Counted from the stretch's first letter, positions 19,243 to 29,759 are shown. The stretch is 64,000 bases of DNA from Clostridiaceae bacterium (GCA_034927345.1 JAYFQE010000002.1:99615-163614), one strand, 5' to 3'. The notes: generated from the letters alone by a model not told the origin. Numbers and translations: made by a program.

Positions 19243-20130
19243 ATGGCTTATCCATTTATCGATGCCTTGACCGGCCGTTGGATTTCGGCGCAAGGCCAAT
19301 TGATTCCGGCAGACAGTCCGGAGGCGCAAGATTATTATGCGCCGACGGAACGTAAAATGTACTATGAAGTCATTCGGTTGGTGCAGGGCGTACCGCTTTT
19401 CTGGGAAGACCACATGATCCGGCTGACTCACTCGGTCGGCGGGGAAATGACCATCCCCAGCAGTCTTTATACTGAGAGCATGGCTTTAATTCGTGAAAAT
19501 TGCCTGAAGGAGGCTAATCTGCGCCTGGTTCTGACAAAGGAAACGCGGATTATTCATCTGACCCCTTCTTATTATCCCGATGAAACGTTGATTCGGGAGG
19601 GCGTTCCGACCGGCATACTGGTTTGGGAACGGACCGATCCGAATACCAAAATCATCCGGTCAGACTATAAGAGCGCTGTAGCCGAACGTTTTGCCCAGCC
19701 CGGCCCGTTCGGGTCCTGCTTTGAATTATTGCTGGCCGACCATCAGGGCTACCTGACCGAAGGCTCACGCTCCAATCTTTTTTTCATCCGCGGCAGCAAA
19801 GTCCTGACACCGCCCGACGACCGGGTTCTCAAGGGCATTACGCGCCAGTACATCGTTCAGGCTATAGCCGAGGCCGGACTGACGCTGCAGATCGGCATGC
19901 TGACTTTAAAGGATTTACAAAAAGATCCGGCGATAACGGCATTTATTTCCGCGTCGCCGATCGATTTGCTGCCGGTAAGGGCCATTGACAATCTGGTCAT
20001 GACTTCGGCGCAGGATCAGAGCTTTCAGAATATTCGCGCCGCCTATATGAAGATTGTCAATACCTATATCCAGGACCGCCGTTTATCAAAAAACGGTCAC
20101 CCCGTTGATTCTGCCGGTTATGGCAGGTAA
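19243..20130 (+). CDS. class IV (branched-chain/D-amino-acid/ADC-lyase type) aminotransferase-fold protein
   Basis: Length and C-terminal pattern (EGSRSNLFFIRGSKVLTPP...VLKGITR) are typical of fold type IV PLP enzymes. AAGGAGG lies 8 nt before the ATG at 19243. Substrate not assignable. Confidence 0.75.
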   Translation: MAYPFIDALTGRWISAQGQLIPADSPEAQDYYAPTERKMYYEVIRLVQGVPLFWEDHMIRLTHSVGGEMTIPSSLYTESMALIRENCLKEANLRLVLTKETRIIHLTPSYYPDETLIREGVPTGILVWERTDPNTKIIRSDYKSAVAERFAQPGPFGSCFELLLADHQGYLTEGSRSNLFFIRGSKVLTPPDDRVLKGITRQYIVQAIAEAGLTLQIGMLTLKDLQKDPAITAFISASPIDLLPVRAIDNLVMTSAQDQSFQNIRAAYMKIVNTYIQDRRLSKNGHPVDSAGYGR

Positions 20131-20169
20131 GATATTATAGACAAGATGTCAAATCAAGGAGGAATGTAC

Positions 20170-22152
20170 ATGATTCAGGAAAGCGGTAATGTTTCGGTCA
20201 ATACGGAAAACATATTCCCCATTATCCGGAAATGGCTGTATTCCGACCGGGATATTTTTCTGCGCGAGCTCGTATCCAATGCAGCGGACGCCAATGCCAA
20301 GCTGCGCCGCCTGTCTGCGATCGGCGAGTTCGATTTGCCGGAAACGGAAGAACTGAAAATCCAGATTGTCTTTGATTCTGCAGCCGGCACGCTCGTTATT
20401 GAAGACAACGGCATCGGTATGACGGTTGACGAAATCCGTAAATATATCAACCAGATCGCTTATTCCGGCGTTATGGATTTCGTGGAAAAGTACAAAGATA
20501 AGGGCGCTGAAAGCGGCGGCATTATCGGCCATTTCGGCCTCGGGTTTTATTCGGCTTTCATGGTTTCCGATAAAGTGCGCATCGACACCTGCTCCTATCA
20601 GGCCGGCTCCGAAGCCGCCAGCTGGGAAAGTGAAGACGGTATGGCCTATGTAATGGGATCATCCGATCGGACCAGCCGCGGTTCGTCCATAACCCTGACT
20701 CTGTCGGATGAAGGTAAAGAATTCCTGACCGGCAGCAAAATCCGGGAGATTCTGGAAAAATACTGCAGCTTCATGCCTTATCCGATTTACTTTAAGGATA
20801 TTGCCGCCGACCAGGCGAAGGCTGAACGGGAAGCGGAAGCAGCTGTTAAAAAAGCCGCCGAAAAGAAAGAAAAGGCCGAGAAAGCAAAAGCTGAAGGCCA
20901 GGAAGCGGAACCTGCCGATGAAGACGGGGAAGATGAAGCGTCCGCCGCTCCGGCCGCGCCGGAGCCGATTAACGATGTGGCGCCGCTGTGGCTGAAAAAT
21001 CCGCGTGACTGCACTGATGAGGAATACAAAACCTTCTTCCGGAAAACGTTCCACGATTACCGTGAACCTCTGTTCTGGATTCATCTGAATATGGATTATC
21101 CGTTCAATCTGAAGGGCATCCTCTATTTCCCCAAATCGGACAATGCTTACGAAAGCCTGGAAGGCCGGATCAAGATCTACTACAACCAGGTTTTTGTCGC
21201 CGATAACATCAAAGAAATTATTCCGGAATTCCTGTTCCTGCTCAAAGGCACGATCGACTGCCCGGATTTGCCGCTTAATGTATCGCGCAGCTTCTTGCAG
21301 AATGACGCGTACGTCAGCAAACTCTCGACTCATATTATCCGCAAGGTCGCCGATAAGCTGACCCAGCTCTTCCAGAATCAGCGGACCGATTATGAGAAAT
21401 ATTGGCAGGATATCGGTGTTTTCGTCAAATACGGCATGATGCGTGAAGAAAAATTCTATGACAAGGTCAAGGATATCGCCTTATTCAAAACAGTCGACGG
21501 CGAATTCAAGGTTCTGGCCGATCTGGGCGACACGCTGTTGTATACGCCGGATCCCAAACAGCAGGTGGCTTATGTGCAGATGGCCAAAGCGCGCAACATG
21601 ACTGTTCTGGTGATGGACCATGAGCTGGATAACCATTTCATGTCCTTCATTGAGTACAAGAACCAAGGCAAGAAGTTCAAACGCGTTGACGCCGAACTCG
21701 GCGGCAGCGATGGCGACAATACCCATGCCGAAGCCTTGACGAAATTATTCCGCGACGCCACCGGCCAGGAAAAACTCGAAGTCAAGATCAAAGCCCTGGG
21801 CGCCGACGCGCTGCCGGCCATGATACTCGAGTCGGAGGAATCGCGCCGGATGCAGGAAATGCGTAAGCAGTTCGAACGGATGCAGGGCGGCGGCGACGAA
21901 GCCATGGATATCGACAGCCTCTTCCCGCTGCAGTTGACTTTAGTCGTCAACGAAGACCAGCCGTTAGTCGGCCGTCTCAACGCTTTGGCCGATATCCCCG
22001 GCAACGAAGCCCAGACAACTTTACTGGCCAAACAGATTTACGATCTGGCCCGCCTGGGCCACGGCTCGCTGACGGCGGAAGATATGGCGGAATTCCTCAA
22101 ACGGAGTACCGGGATCCTCGGTCAGCTGGCGGGAATAACCGATCAGGCTTGA
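20170..22152 (+). CDS. htpG: molecular chaperone HtpG (Hsp90)
   Basis: Bergerat ATP-binding motif FLRELVSNAADA and GHFGLGFYSAFMV, with a charged Lys/Glu/Ala linker. AAGGAGG lies 7 nt before the ATG at 20170. Confidence 0.95.
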   Translation: MIQESGNVSVNTENIFPIIRKWLYSDRDIFLRELVSNAADANAKLRRLSAIGEFDLPETEELKIQIVFDSAAGTLVIEDNGIGMTVDEIRKYINQIAYSGVMDFVEKYKDKGAESGGIIGHFGLGFYSAFMVSDKVRIDTCSYQAGSEAASWESEDGMAYVMGSSDRTSRGSSITLTLSDEGKEFLTGSKIREILEKYCSFMPYPIYFKDIAADQAKAEREAEAAVKKAAEKKEKAEKAKAEGQEAEPADEDGEDEASAAPAAPEPINDVAPLWLKNPRDCTDEEYKTFFRKTFHDYREPLFWIHLNMDYPFNLKGILYFPKSDNAYESLEGRIKIYYNQVFVADNIKEIIPEFLFLLKGTIDCPDLPLNVSRSFLQNDAYVSKLSTHIIRKVADKLTQLFQNQRTDYEKYWQDIGVFVKYGMMREEKFYDKVKDIALFKTVDGEFKVLADLGDTLLYTPDPKQQVAYVQMAKARNMTVLVMDHELDNHFMSFIEYKNQGKKFKRVDAELGGSDGDNTHAEALTKLFRDATGQEKLEVKIKALGADALPAMILESEESRRMQEMRKQFERMQGGGDEAMDIDSLFPLQLTLVVNEDQPLVGRLNALADIPGNEAQTTLLAKQIYDLARLGHGSLTAEDMAEFLKRSTGILGQLAGITDQA

Positions 22153-22159
22153 TTGAAAA

Positions 22160-22190
22160 GCGGCCGGCACGCTATAGCGCCGGCCGTTTG
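22160..22190 (+). terminator. intrinsic terminator after htpG
   Basis: GC-rich stem CGGCCGGC / GCCGGCCG followed by TTTG. Confidence 0.55.
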
Positions 22191-22253
22191 TCGGCGTTGA
22201 ACAGGACATGAAGCCGGGTGGAACCCGGCTCGTCAGCGAAAGGACAAGATCAT

Positions 22254-25200
22254 ATGGACCAGAAAATGACCGTCAGGCGCGTCTATGCCTGTAAACGTCC
22301 CGGTTTCGACATTGAAGCCGCCGGACTGCTTAAAGATCTGCAAGTCAATCTCGGACTGAGCGGCCTTCACGATTTGCGCATTTACAACCGATATGATGTA
22401 TCGGGTCTGACCGATGAACAATACCGCCTGGCGCGAAACCTGGTTTTTTCCGAACCGCCGGTCGATGATCTTTATGACGAGCCTTGCGATTTCGGACAAC
22501 CGGATTTTCTGCTTGCTGTGGAGGCTTTACCCGGCCAATATGACCAGCGCGCCGATTCGGCAGCCCAATGCCTGCAGATCCTGACCTGTGACGAACGCCC
22601 TTTATGCAAAACGGCGCGTATTTATGCTTTTGGCGGTTCACTGGATGATAAAGGCAAGGACAAGATCCGCAAATGGCTGATCAATCCGGTAGAAGCGCGT
22701 GAAGCTTCGCTGAAACCGGCGGCAACGCTTCTTGACGACATCGAGACGCCTGCCGATATTGAATGGCTGAACGGATTCATATCGATGGATCAGTCCAGGC
22801 TGGACGCTTTGCTGGCGCAAGGCGGCTTTGCCATGTCGGCGGCCGACCTGCGTTTCACGCAGGAATGGTTCCGCCGTGAAGGCCGCGATCCCAGCTGGAC
22901 CGAGCTGCGGGTCCTGGACACCTATTGGTCTGATCATTGCCGGCATACAACTTTTTCCACCAGAATTGATTCCGTCGCTTTTCCGGAAGACGATCCGATT
23001 GGCCGCGTGATGAAAAAGGATTACCAGGATTATCTGGCGGCACGCCGGACGGTCCACGGATCCAGACTGGACGAAAAACCGGTTTGCCTGATGGATCTGG
23101 CCACGATCGCCATGAAAGAACTGCGGCGTCTGGGCAAGCTCGCGGATCTTGACCAATCTCCGGAAATTAACGCCTGCAGCATCCGGGTATCAATCCCGGT
23201 GGACGGCAAGCCGGAAGAATATCTGGTGATGTTTAAAAACGAAACGCATAACCACCCGACGGAAATCGAACCTTTCGGCGGCGCGGCGACCTGCCTGGGC
23301 GGCGCGATCCGCGATCCGCTTTCCGGACGGTCCTATGTCTATCAGGCCATGCGGGTGACCGGCAGCGGCGATCCGACCGTACCGGTGACCGATACGCTGC
23401 CCGGCAAACTGCCGCAGCGGAAAATTACAACCACCGCTGCTGCCGGTTATAGCTCCTACGGCAATCAGATCGGTTTGGCGACCGGCCAGGTTGAAGAATT
23501 CTACCATCCGGGCTATCAGGCTAAAAGAATGGAAATCGGCGCCGTTATCGGCGCGGCTCCGGCCTCGCATGTAAGGCGCGAGATCCCGCAGCCCGGAGAT
23601 CTGATCATCCTTTTGGGCGGCCGGACCGGCCGCGACGGCTGCGGCGGCGCGACAGGGTCATCCAAAGCCCATGATGAACAATCGATCCTCCGCTGCGGTT
23701 CCGAAGTTCAAAAAGGCAATCCGCCGACCGAACGGAAGATCCAGCGGCTGTTCCGCAAACCGGAAGTGGCGCATATGATTAAACGCTGCAACGATTTTGG
23801 CGCCGGCGGCGTATCGGTAGCCATCGGCGAGCTGGCCGACGGCCTGCGGATCGATCTTGACAAGGTCCCGCGCAAGTACGAAGGTCTGGACGGAACAGAA
23901 CTGGCGATATCCGAATCCCAAGAACGGATGGCCGTCGTGACGGCTGCCGAAGACGCCGCTAAACTGATCGCAGCGGCAGACCGGGAAAACCTGGAAGCAG
24001 TCGTCGTCGCTGAAGTAACTGCCGAGCCGCGCATGGTCATGACCTGGCGCAATAAAATCCTGGTTGACCTGTCACGCACGTTTATTGATACCAACGGCGC
24101 TCCGCAGCAAACCCGGGTTTCTGTTGCCGCGCCGGACCAGACCGCGAACTGGTTTGACAAAACCGCGGAACAACAGCGCAGCCACGGCAATTTTACCGAC
24201 AATCTGCGCGCCGGCCTTAGTTCGCTGGCAGCTTGCTCGCGCCAGGGTCTGGTTGAACGCTTTGACAGCACCATCGGAGCCGGCACGGTTCTGATGCCGT
24301 TTGGCGGCGTCGATCAGCTGACTCCGGAAGAAGGCATGGCCGCCTTGATCCCGGTCTCCGGTGACAGCCGGACGGATGCCTGTTCTTTGATGGCGTTCGG
24401 CTTTGATCCGGATTTATCAAGCTGGAGCCCCTATCACGGCGCCTTTTACGCCGTTCTGGAATCCCTGGCTAAGATTACCGCGCTGGGCGGCGACGCTGCC
24501 CGGGCCCGCCTGACGTTCCAGGAATATTTTGAACGCATGACCGGTGAAAACAGCTGGGGCAAGCCGCTTTCCGCCTTGCTGGGCGCTTTCCGCGCCCAGA
24601 TGGACTGTGCTGTTCCGGCTATCGGCGGCAAGGATAGCATGTCCGGCTCGTTTATGGATTTGCAGGTGCCGCCGACATTAGTTTCATTTGCCGTTCAGGT
24701 CGGCCGGGCCGGTCAGATCGTTTCGGCGGCGTTTCGGAAGCCGGACCAAGTGGTCTGGCTGCTGCCGGTGCCGCTGGATCCCGGCAATGCCGCCGGCCGT
24801 TTGCCTGATGCAAAATTATTCATGACTAATCTGGCAAAGGTGCATGCCTTGTCCGATCGGGGTCTGGTCCAGGCGGCCGCGACCGTCAAGCAATCCGGCG
24901 TCGCTGTAGCTTGCGCCAAAATGTGTTTTGGCAACCGTCTCGGTTTCATTTTTAATGAGGCCGCCATACCTCTGCTTTTTGCCCCGCAGCCGGCTGCGCT
25001 TTTGTTGGCCTTTGATGCCGCGGACGCGGCGCCGGTTGAAGCGGATCTTCTTGGCGCCGGCGCTTGCCTAATAGGCAGAACTTCTGCCGAATCCTTTTTC
25101 CAGGCCGGAGCGGACCGTTTAACTTGTCAGGAAGCTTTATCGGTCTGGCAAAAGCCTCTTGAACGCGTTTTTCCCACCCGGGCTGATCTCAGCCAGCCGG

Positions 25201-26072
25201 TGCCTGTTTTACCCTTCATGGCCAAACAAGCGGAGGAACCGGTCAAACCGCATTCGACCCATCGTTCTGTGCGGCCTCGCGTTTTTATCCCGGTTTTCCC
25301 AGGCACCAATTGCGAATTCGACACAGCCCGTGCTTTCAGCCGGGCAGGGGCGGATCCGGATGTTTTGATCATTCGCAATCTGACTTCATCCGCAATCCGT
25401 GAAACCTTGGCCGAGATGGAAAAGCGGATTGCCAAAGCGCAGATCGTCATGCTACCAGGCGGTTTCAGCGGCGGCGACGAACCGGAAGGCTCCGGCAAAT
25501 TCATCGCAGCTGCATTCCGCAATCCGGGTGTGGCGGAACAGGTACAGATCCTCATGGAGCAAAGAGACGGCCTGATCCTCGGCATCTGCAACGGTTTCCA
25601 GGCTCTGATCAAATTAGGTTTGCTGCCGTTTGGCCGGATTGAAGACCTGACGCCGGACAGCCCGACGCTAACCTTTAACCGGATTGGCCGCCATGTTTCC
25701 CGTTATGTCACCACGCGGATTCTGTCCAACCGGTCGCCCTGGCTGCAATTCACCAATACCGGCGAATTGCATCAGATTCCGGTATCGCATGGCGAAGGCC
25801 GGTTTGTCGCTTCGCCGGAGCTGATCGCCAGACTGGCTGAGCAAGGACAAATCGCCACCCAATATGTTGATCCGACAGGACGCGCCAGCGGCCTGACTCT
25901 TTGGAATCCCAACGGTTCGATGGCCGCGCTGGAAGGTCTGACCAGCCCGGACGGCCGCATTTTCGGCAAGATGGGCCATTCCGAACGTTCCGGGCCTTTA
26001 CTGGCGAAGAACATCCCCGGCTGTAAAGATCAAAAACTTTTCGAAGCAGGCGTTGCCTACTTCCATTTCTAA
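22254..26072 (+). CDS. purL: phosphoribosylformylglycinamidine synthase, single-chain large form
   Basis: About 1270 aa. AIR-synthase-like repeats (NHPTEIEPFGGAATCLGGAIRD) plus a C-terminal class I amidotransferase (LGICNGFQALIKLGLLP, SHGEGRF). Confidence 0.95.
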   Translation: MDQKMTVRRVYACKRPGFDIEAAGLLKDLQVNLGLSGLHDLRIYNRYDVSGLTDEQYRLARNLVFSEPPVDDLYDEPCDFGQPDFLLAVEALPGQYDQRADSAAQCLQILTCDERPLCKTARIYAFGGSLDDKGKDKIRKWLINPVEAREASLKPAATLLDDIETPADIEWLNGFISMDQSRLDALLAQGGFAMSAADLRFTQEWFRREGRDPSWTELRVLDTYWSDHCRHTTFSTRIDSVAFPEDDPIGRVMKKDYQDYLAARRTVHGSRLDEKPVCLMDLATIAMKELRRLGKLADLDQSPEINACSIRVSIPVDGKPEEYLVMFKNETHNHPTEIEPFGGAATCLGGAIRDPLSGRSYVYQAMRVTGSGDPTVPVTDTLPGKLPQRKITTTAAAGYSSYGNQIGLATGQVEEFYHPGYQAKRMEIGAVIGAAPASHVRREIPQPGDLIILLGGRTGRDGCGGATGSSKAHDEQSILRCGSEVQKGNPPTERKIQRLFRKPEVAHMIKRCNDFGAGGVSVAIGELADGLRIDLDKVPRKYEGLDGTELAISESQERMAVVTAAEDAAKLIAAADRENLEAVVVAEVTAEPRMVMTWRNKILVDLSRTFIDTNGAPQQTRVSVAAPDQTANWFDKTAEQQRSHGNFTDNLRAGLSSLAACSRQGLVERFDSTIGAGTVLMPFGGVDQLTPEEGMAALIPVSGDSRTDACSLMAFGFDPDLSSWSPYHGAFYAVLESLAKITALGGDAARARLTFQEYFERMTGENSWGKPLSALLGAFRAQMDCAVPAIGGKDSMSGSFMDLQVPPTLVSFAVQVGRAGQIVSAAFRKPDQVVWLLPVPLDPGNAAGRLPDAKLFMTNLAKVHALSDRGLVQAAATVKQSGVAVACAKMCFGNRLGFIFNEAAIPLLFAPQPAALLLAFDAADAAPVEADLLGAGACLIGRTSAESFFQAGADRLTCQEALSVWQKPLERVFPTRADLSQPVPVLPFMAKQAEEPVKPHSTHRSVRPRVFIPVFPGTNCEFDTARAFSRAGADPDVLIIRNLTSSAIRETLAEMEKRIAKAQIVMLPGGFSGGDEPEGSGKFIAAAFRNPGVAEQVQILMEQRDGLILGICNGFQALIKLGLLPFGRIEDLTPDSPTLTFNRIGRHVSRYVTTRILSNRSPWLQFTNTGELHQIPVSHGEGRFVASPELIARLAEQGQIATQYVDPTGRASGLTLWNPNGSMAALEGLTSPDGRIFGKMGHSERSGPLLAKNIPGCKDQKLFEAGVAYFHF

Positions 26073-26174
26073 GCGCCGAATCAGATCCGGCCGCCATTTT
26101 TTGTCGGATTTTGTCGTCGGATAGCTGCTGCATCACCGCTCCATCTTCTTTATGCTGATGGGGAGGTGATGTTT

Positions 26175-26894
26175 ATGTTATGCACGAATATCCGCTGCTA
26201 TAAGAATCATGCTGAAAAACCGGGCCGTTTGCCGTTGTGCTCCGATTTTATTTTCACGTTGATCTTGTTGATTTGTTTCCTGACTGCCGGCTGCCAAAAA
26301 ACCGGCAGCCTAATAGCCGGAACCGCTGAACCTGCCGGAACAAGCGCGGCAGTCAAGGAATTCAATAAAAACGTGATGACAGAACGAACGGACGTCATAA
26401 TCAGTTATCGGCGAGCAACCGCCAAATTGTCGCATACCGGTGATAGAAGCGGTGAAAAGGCCTATTCTCCGGCAGCGGAGCCCTTTGGATTACAAGTTGG
26501 GATCGTGGGGTCTATCGGCTATTTTGCCGGGCAAACCAATGATTTGGGCCAAAAAATGCCTGCGGATCCGCATCGTTTTTTAGCTCGGGAAAAGCTGCGG
26601 ATCTATCTGGATTTTACCAGTCCGCCGCAGATGATCAGGATGAGATTTGCATCACAGGAATATAATCTGGCCGGTGTGGAAGGGCAGACCCATTACGAAA
26701 CTTATCTTCATATTCCGGAATTGCCGTCAACGTTATCTTGGACAGACAAAAGACTGGCGCCGCCTATGACGCTGCAGGTGACGGCTGTCGATAAAAACAA
26801 CCCGCCAAATCAAATTGATGCGGTTATCGATGATATTGAACTGACAGGATCTGTTTATGATATCGTTCACGCGCAGATTGCCGACCCGGCTTAA
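26175..26894 (+). CDS. predicted lipoprotein, unknown function
   Basis: Signal peptide ending in the lipobox LTAGC. GGAGG lies 8 nt before the ATG at 26175. The mature part has no motif I recognise. Confidence 0.6.
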   Translation: MLCTNIRCYKNHAEKPGRLPLCSDFIFTLILLICFLTAGCQKTGSLIAGTAEPAGTSAAVKEFNKNVMTERTDVIISYRRATAKLSHTGDRSGEKAYSPAAEPFGLQVGIVGSIGYFAGQTNDLGQKMPADPHRFLAREKLRIYLDFTSPPQMIRMRFASQEYNLAGVEGQTHYETYLHIPELPSTLSWTDKRLAPPMTLQVTAVDKNNPPNQIDAVIDDIELTGSVYDIVHAQIADPA

Positions 26895-26914
26895 TGCCGG
26901 TTAAAATTCTGTGA

Positions 26915-28207
26915 TTAACGAACATGTTCCATTTGATATCTCAGATTGGCCAGTAAAATCTCAGGACTGGCGTCTGCATCCGGCTGCGACGGCGTTTCGT
27001 CAGCTTCGGGAAGCACCGGAATCGCTTCTGCCGGTTCCGCAGAGGCGCCTGGATCAACCTTTGTCTCATCTTTGGCATGGAGCGCTTCCGGATGCTCCGT
27101 ATAGGCGTAGCAGTAGTTATTTTCGCCGTAATAAACATAAAAGTAGGCGACCGGGAAGGCAGCCATCCGGTCTATATAACAAAAAATCGGATGCTTCAGC
27201 TTTTTAGCGGTACGAACCATAGCCCGGAAATTTGTGGCGGCAATACACCACTCCGGTTCCCAGGCTTTATCGCCGATCAACATCAGGCGGCCGCGGGCTT
27301 GCCGCAGCATCCGGCGCAGGTTCTTCTTGAAATGATCTTTCGGCCGGCTGCGCGTGGTTGTCAGCAAGACGACCAGGGAGAGCAGGCACAAAGCCGCCGC
27401 GCCGGCGAAGAAAGGCAGGGGAATGGCTTTTAAAGACAATTGATAACGCAGCACCTGACGGATCGGCTGGAAACCTCCGGCCGGCGTAATCAACTGGCGG
27501 GTAATTTGAAACTGTGGCTGGTTGACGGGGATGATCAAGGTCGGCGAACCTGTAAAAACAACCGGCCCGGTAGATAATTGGGCGATAACCTGAACTTTGA
27601 GCGTGACAGCCAGATCATAGGTGACGGCGACAGAACTCTGACCGGCAAAGAGATCGGCCAGCGCGCGGTATTCGTCCATATCAAGTTGTATTGTGCGGGA
27701 CAGCTGCCAATCTTGTCCGTTCTTTATCTGCTCGCTTTGCGCAGGCAGAACAGAAACCGGCTTTTCAAGCAAAACAGTCGCCGGATTAGCGGCGTCGCGG
27801 ACGCGGACAACAGCATCGATCTGATACGAAGCATCCAGATCGGCCGGCCGGTCGATCTGCAGACGGTAAGTAAATGTTGGTTTAACAGCCTGGGTCAGAT
27901 CGTCGAGATAAACCTGATCCATGCCCAGGGTTTCCTGTTTACTGAACGGGTTATCTTTCAAATAGACAAGATAATCGATAGCGCTGGAAGAATCAGCGCG
28001 CAAAACATTTGTGTTATAGGAAAAAGCGATCGGCCGCCAGGCAGTATAACCGGCAAATAAAGACGCCGTCAGCAGTATAGAAAGGATCAGAATCAACAGA
28101 CGGCGGGGTATCCTGTGCATGCCGTAGCGCTTCAAATGGCTGCGATGCGAGCTGGCCGCTTTCTTCGTCTGGTTTGGTATCAAGGCGGTCCTGGCGTTTT
28201 GTTTCAT
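26915..28207 (-). CDS. bitopic/two-helix membrane protein of unknown function
   Basis: GGAGGA lies 7 nt before the ATG at 28207. N-terminal TM (LLILILSILLTASLFAGY), a ~220-aa extracytoplasmic region, a second TM (IPLPFFAGAAALCLLSLVVLL), then a cytoplasmic Tyr/Cys-rich domain (FPVAYFYVYYGENNYCYAY) and an acidic Pro-rich tail. The architecture recalls DUF5305-type proteins, unverified. Confidence 0.6.
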   Translation of the reverse strand: MKQNARTALIPNQTKKAASSHRSHLKRYGMHRIPRRLLILILSILLTASLFAGYTAWRPIAFSYNTNVLRADSSSAIDYLVYLKDNPFSKQETLGMDQVYLDDLTQAVKPTFTYRLQIDRPADLDASYQIDAVVRVRDAANPATVLLEKPVSVLPAQSEQIKNGQDWQLSRTIQLDMDEYRALADLFAGQSSVAVTYDLAVTLKVQVIAQLSTGPVVFTGSPTLIIPVNQPQFQITRQLITPAGGFQPIRQVLRYQLSLKAIPLPFFAGAAALCLLSLVVLLTTTRSRPKDHFKKNLRRMLRQARGRLMLIGDKAWEPEWCIAATNFRAMVRTAKKLKHPIFCYIDRMAAFPVAYFYVYYGENNYCYAYTEHPEALHAKDETKVDPGASAEPAEAIPVLPEADETPSQPDADASPEILLANLRYQMEHVR

Positions 28208-28398
28208 CAGTCGATCCTCCAAAATCCGGGCAGTCTGGTAAGATATGAACAGACTGATTATGACAATGATATTACAAATTGTATCACGAAACCAGACCGG
28301 TAGCCAGCGCCATATCGTGAATCCGGGCTAAATATAAGGAAATATGAGGGAAAAACGCTTTTATTTTCATACATATATTACGAAAAAATGACCGGAAT

Positions 28399-28427
28399 TT
28401 GACAAGATCTGTGAACCCTTTTATAAT
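28399..28427 (+). promoter_or_regulatory. consensus sigma-A promoter upstream of the G5/3D gene
   Basis: TTGACA (28399-28404), 17-nt spacer, TATAAT (28422-28427). Confidence 0.6.
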
Positions 28428-28535
28428 TAGCCTATGAATTGGATAAATTCGCTCATCAGAATAACCAAAAAGACGGCAGATAAACTGGATTTGCAGCAAC
28501 TGAAAGCAATGTTATTCACCAGACGTGAGGTGACC

Positions 28536-29759
28536 ATGAACAAGTGGTTTTTCCGCACCATCGGGCTGATCATTGTCGCAGCAATGGCCGCAGCAGTTTC
28601 CATTTTACCAGATAGCCAATTACTCCTGGCCGTTGATCAAACACGCATACCTGCCTATGTCGTGATCACATCGCCCGAGGGAACAACAAATCAGATAACC
28701 TTTGCCGATACCCTGGTCAAAGCTGTCGATGAAGCCGGTATTGCTTTAGGCGAATACGACTTGCTCAGCCTGCCCGATGAAACGGCTCTCGAACCGGGGC
28801 ACGAATACGCTGTAACGATCACGCGGCGCAGCCGTGTGACACTGACCTGGAGCGGTTTTGAACTGGATACCAGCAGCGAAGTGATTTCCATGGGCGATCT
28901 GATGTCCCGTTCCGGCTTCAGTGATCTGGACTTAAGCGACGGCAGCCGCATCGAACAGAATAAAACCGATTCTGCGGTCGTTGACGGCGGCGAGATTGCC
29001 TATGTCAATGTCGATAAAAAAGAAGTCCGCACCTATGAAACCATCCCGTTCAGCACAGTTTATATCGACGACGCTACGCTGTACGAAGGTAAAACGGCTG
29101 TAAAGACAGAAGGGCAGAACGGCCAAAGAGCGTTGGTTTTTGAAGAAACTTATGAGAACGGCGTCTTTATTAGTTCGGTTCAGGTGAGAACAGAGATTAT
29201 TACCGAGCCGGTTCAACAGGTGATTCGAAAGGGAACGAAAAAGAAGATTGTTATCGCGGCCATCAATGCCCGAACCGCAAACAGCAAGGTTGTCAGCAGT
29301 TTCAACAAAATCAAGGATCTGTTGATTAAGAACGGGAACGCCAATTACCAGGCCTTTGCCGACAATGGCAACGGAACCATTACCGTTGATGGAAGAACAT
29401 TCGAGTACATCGAAGTGAAAAAGCGAACGATTACCATGTATGACGGTTTAGAGTGTTGTCTGCAGAAAGGCTGTCACACGCCGGCGATCAATCACAACAC
29501 CGCCAGCGGCATATCGGCTCAGCGGGGTCTGGTGGCAACTTATGGCTACCGTGAAAATGGAAAAGTGATCGGCACAGCGCTGCCTTTGGGCGCCACGATT
29601 TTTATCGAGGGTTACGGCCTGGCGGTTGTGGCCGATGTCCATGGCGTCAGCAGTAATCCCAACCTGATCGATGCCTGTTATGACGCGGGAGAAATCAACA
29701 GCGGCGCCGTAACCTGGGGTAAACGCTATAAACGTGTTTATATCCTTTCACTTCCTTAA
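28536..29759 (+). CDS. YabE-like cell-wall protein (TM anchor, G5 domain, C-terminal 3D domain)
   Basis: G5 signature (VYIDDATLYEGKTAVKTEGQNGQRALVFEETYENG...VIRKGTKKK). C-terminal 3D-type lytic domain (GLVATYGY...IFIEGYGLAVVADVHG). Sits directly upstream of rsmA, as yabE does in Bacillus. An in-frame alternative start lies at 28434. Confidence 0.8.
   Translation: MNKWFFRTIGLIIVAAMAAAVSILPDSQLLLAVDQTRIPAYVVITSPEGTTNQITFADTLVKAVDEAGIALGEYDLLSLPDETALEPGHEYAVTITRRSRVTLTWSGFELDTSSEVISMGDLMSRSGFSDLDLSDGSRIEQNKTDSAVVDGGEIAYVNVDKKEVRTYETIPFSTVYIDDATLYEGKTAVKTEGQNGQRALVFEETYENGVFISSVQVRTEIITEPVQQVIRKGTKKKIVIAAINARTANSKVVSSFNKIKDLLIKNGNANYQAFADNGNGTITVDGRTFEYIEVKKRTITMYDGLECCLQKGCHTPAINHNTASGISAQRGLVATYGYRENGKVIGTALPLGATIFIEGYGLAVVADVHGVSSNPNLIDACYDAGEINSGAVTWGKRYKRVYILSLP

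Noticed and set aside
28435-28535. Possible c-di-AMP (ydaO-type) riboswitch ahead of the G5/3D cell-wall gene, since such genes are often under that riboswitch.
   Set aside because: The leader is only ~100 nt and lacks the pseudo-two-fold ACGGGGA/CCGA-type conserved segments. It has no terminator.
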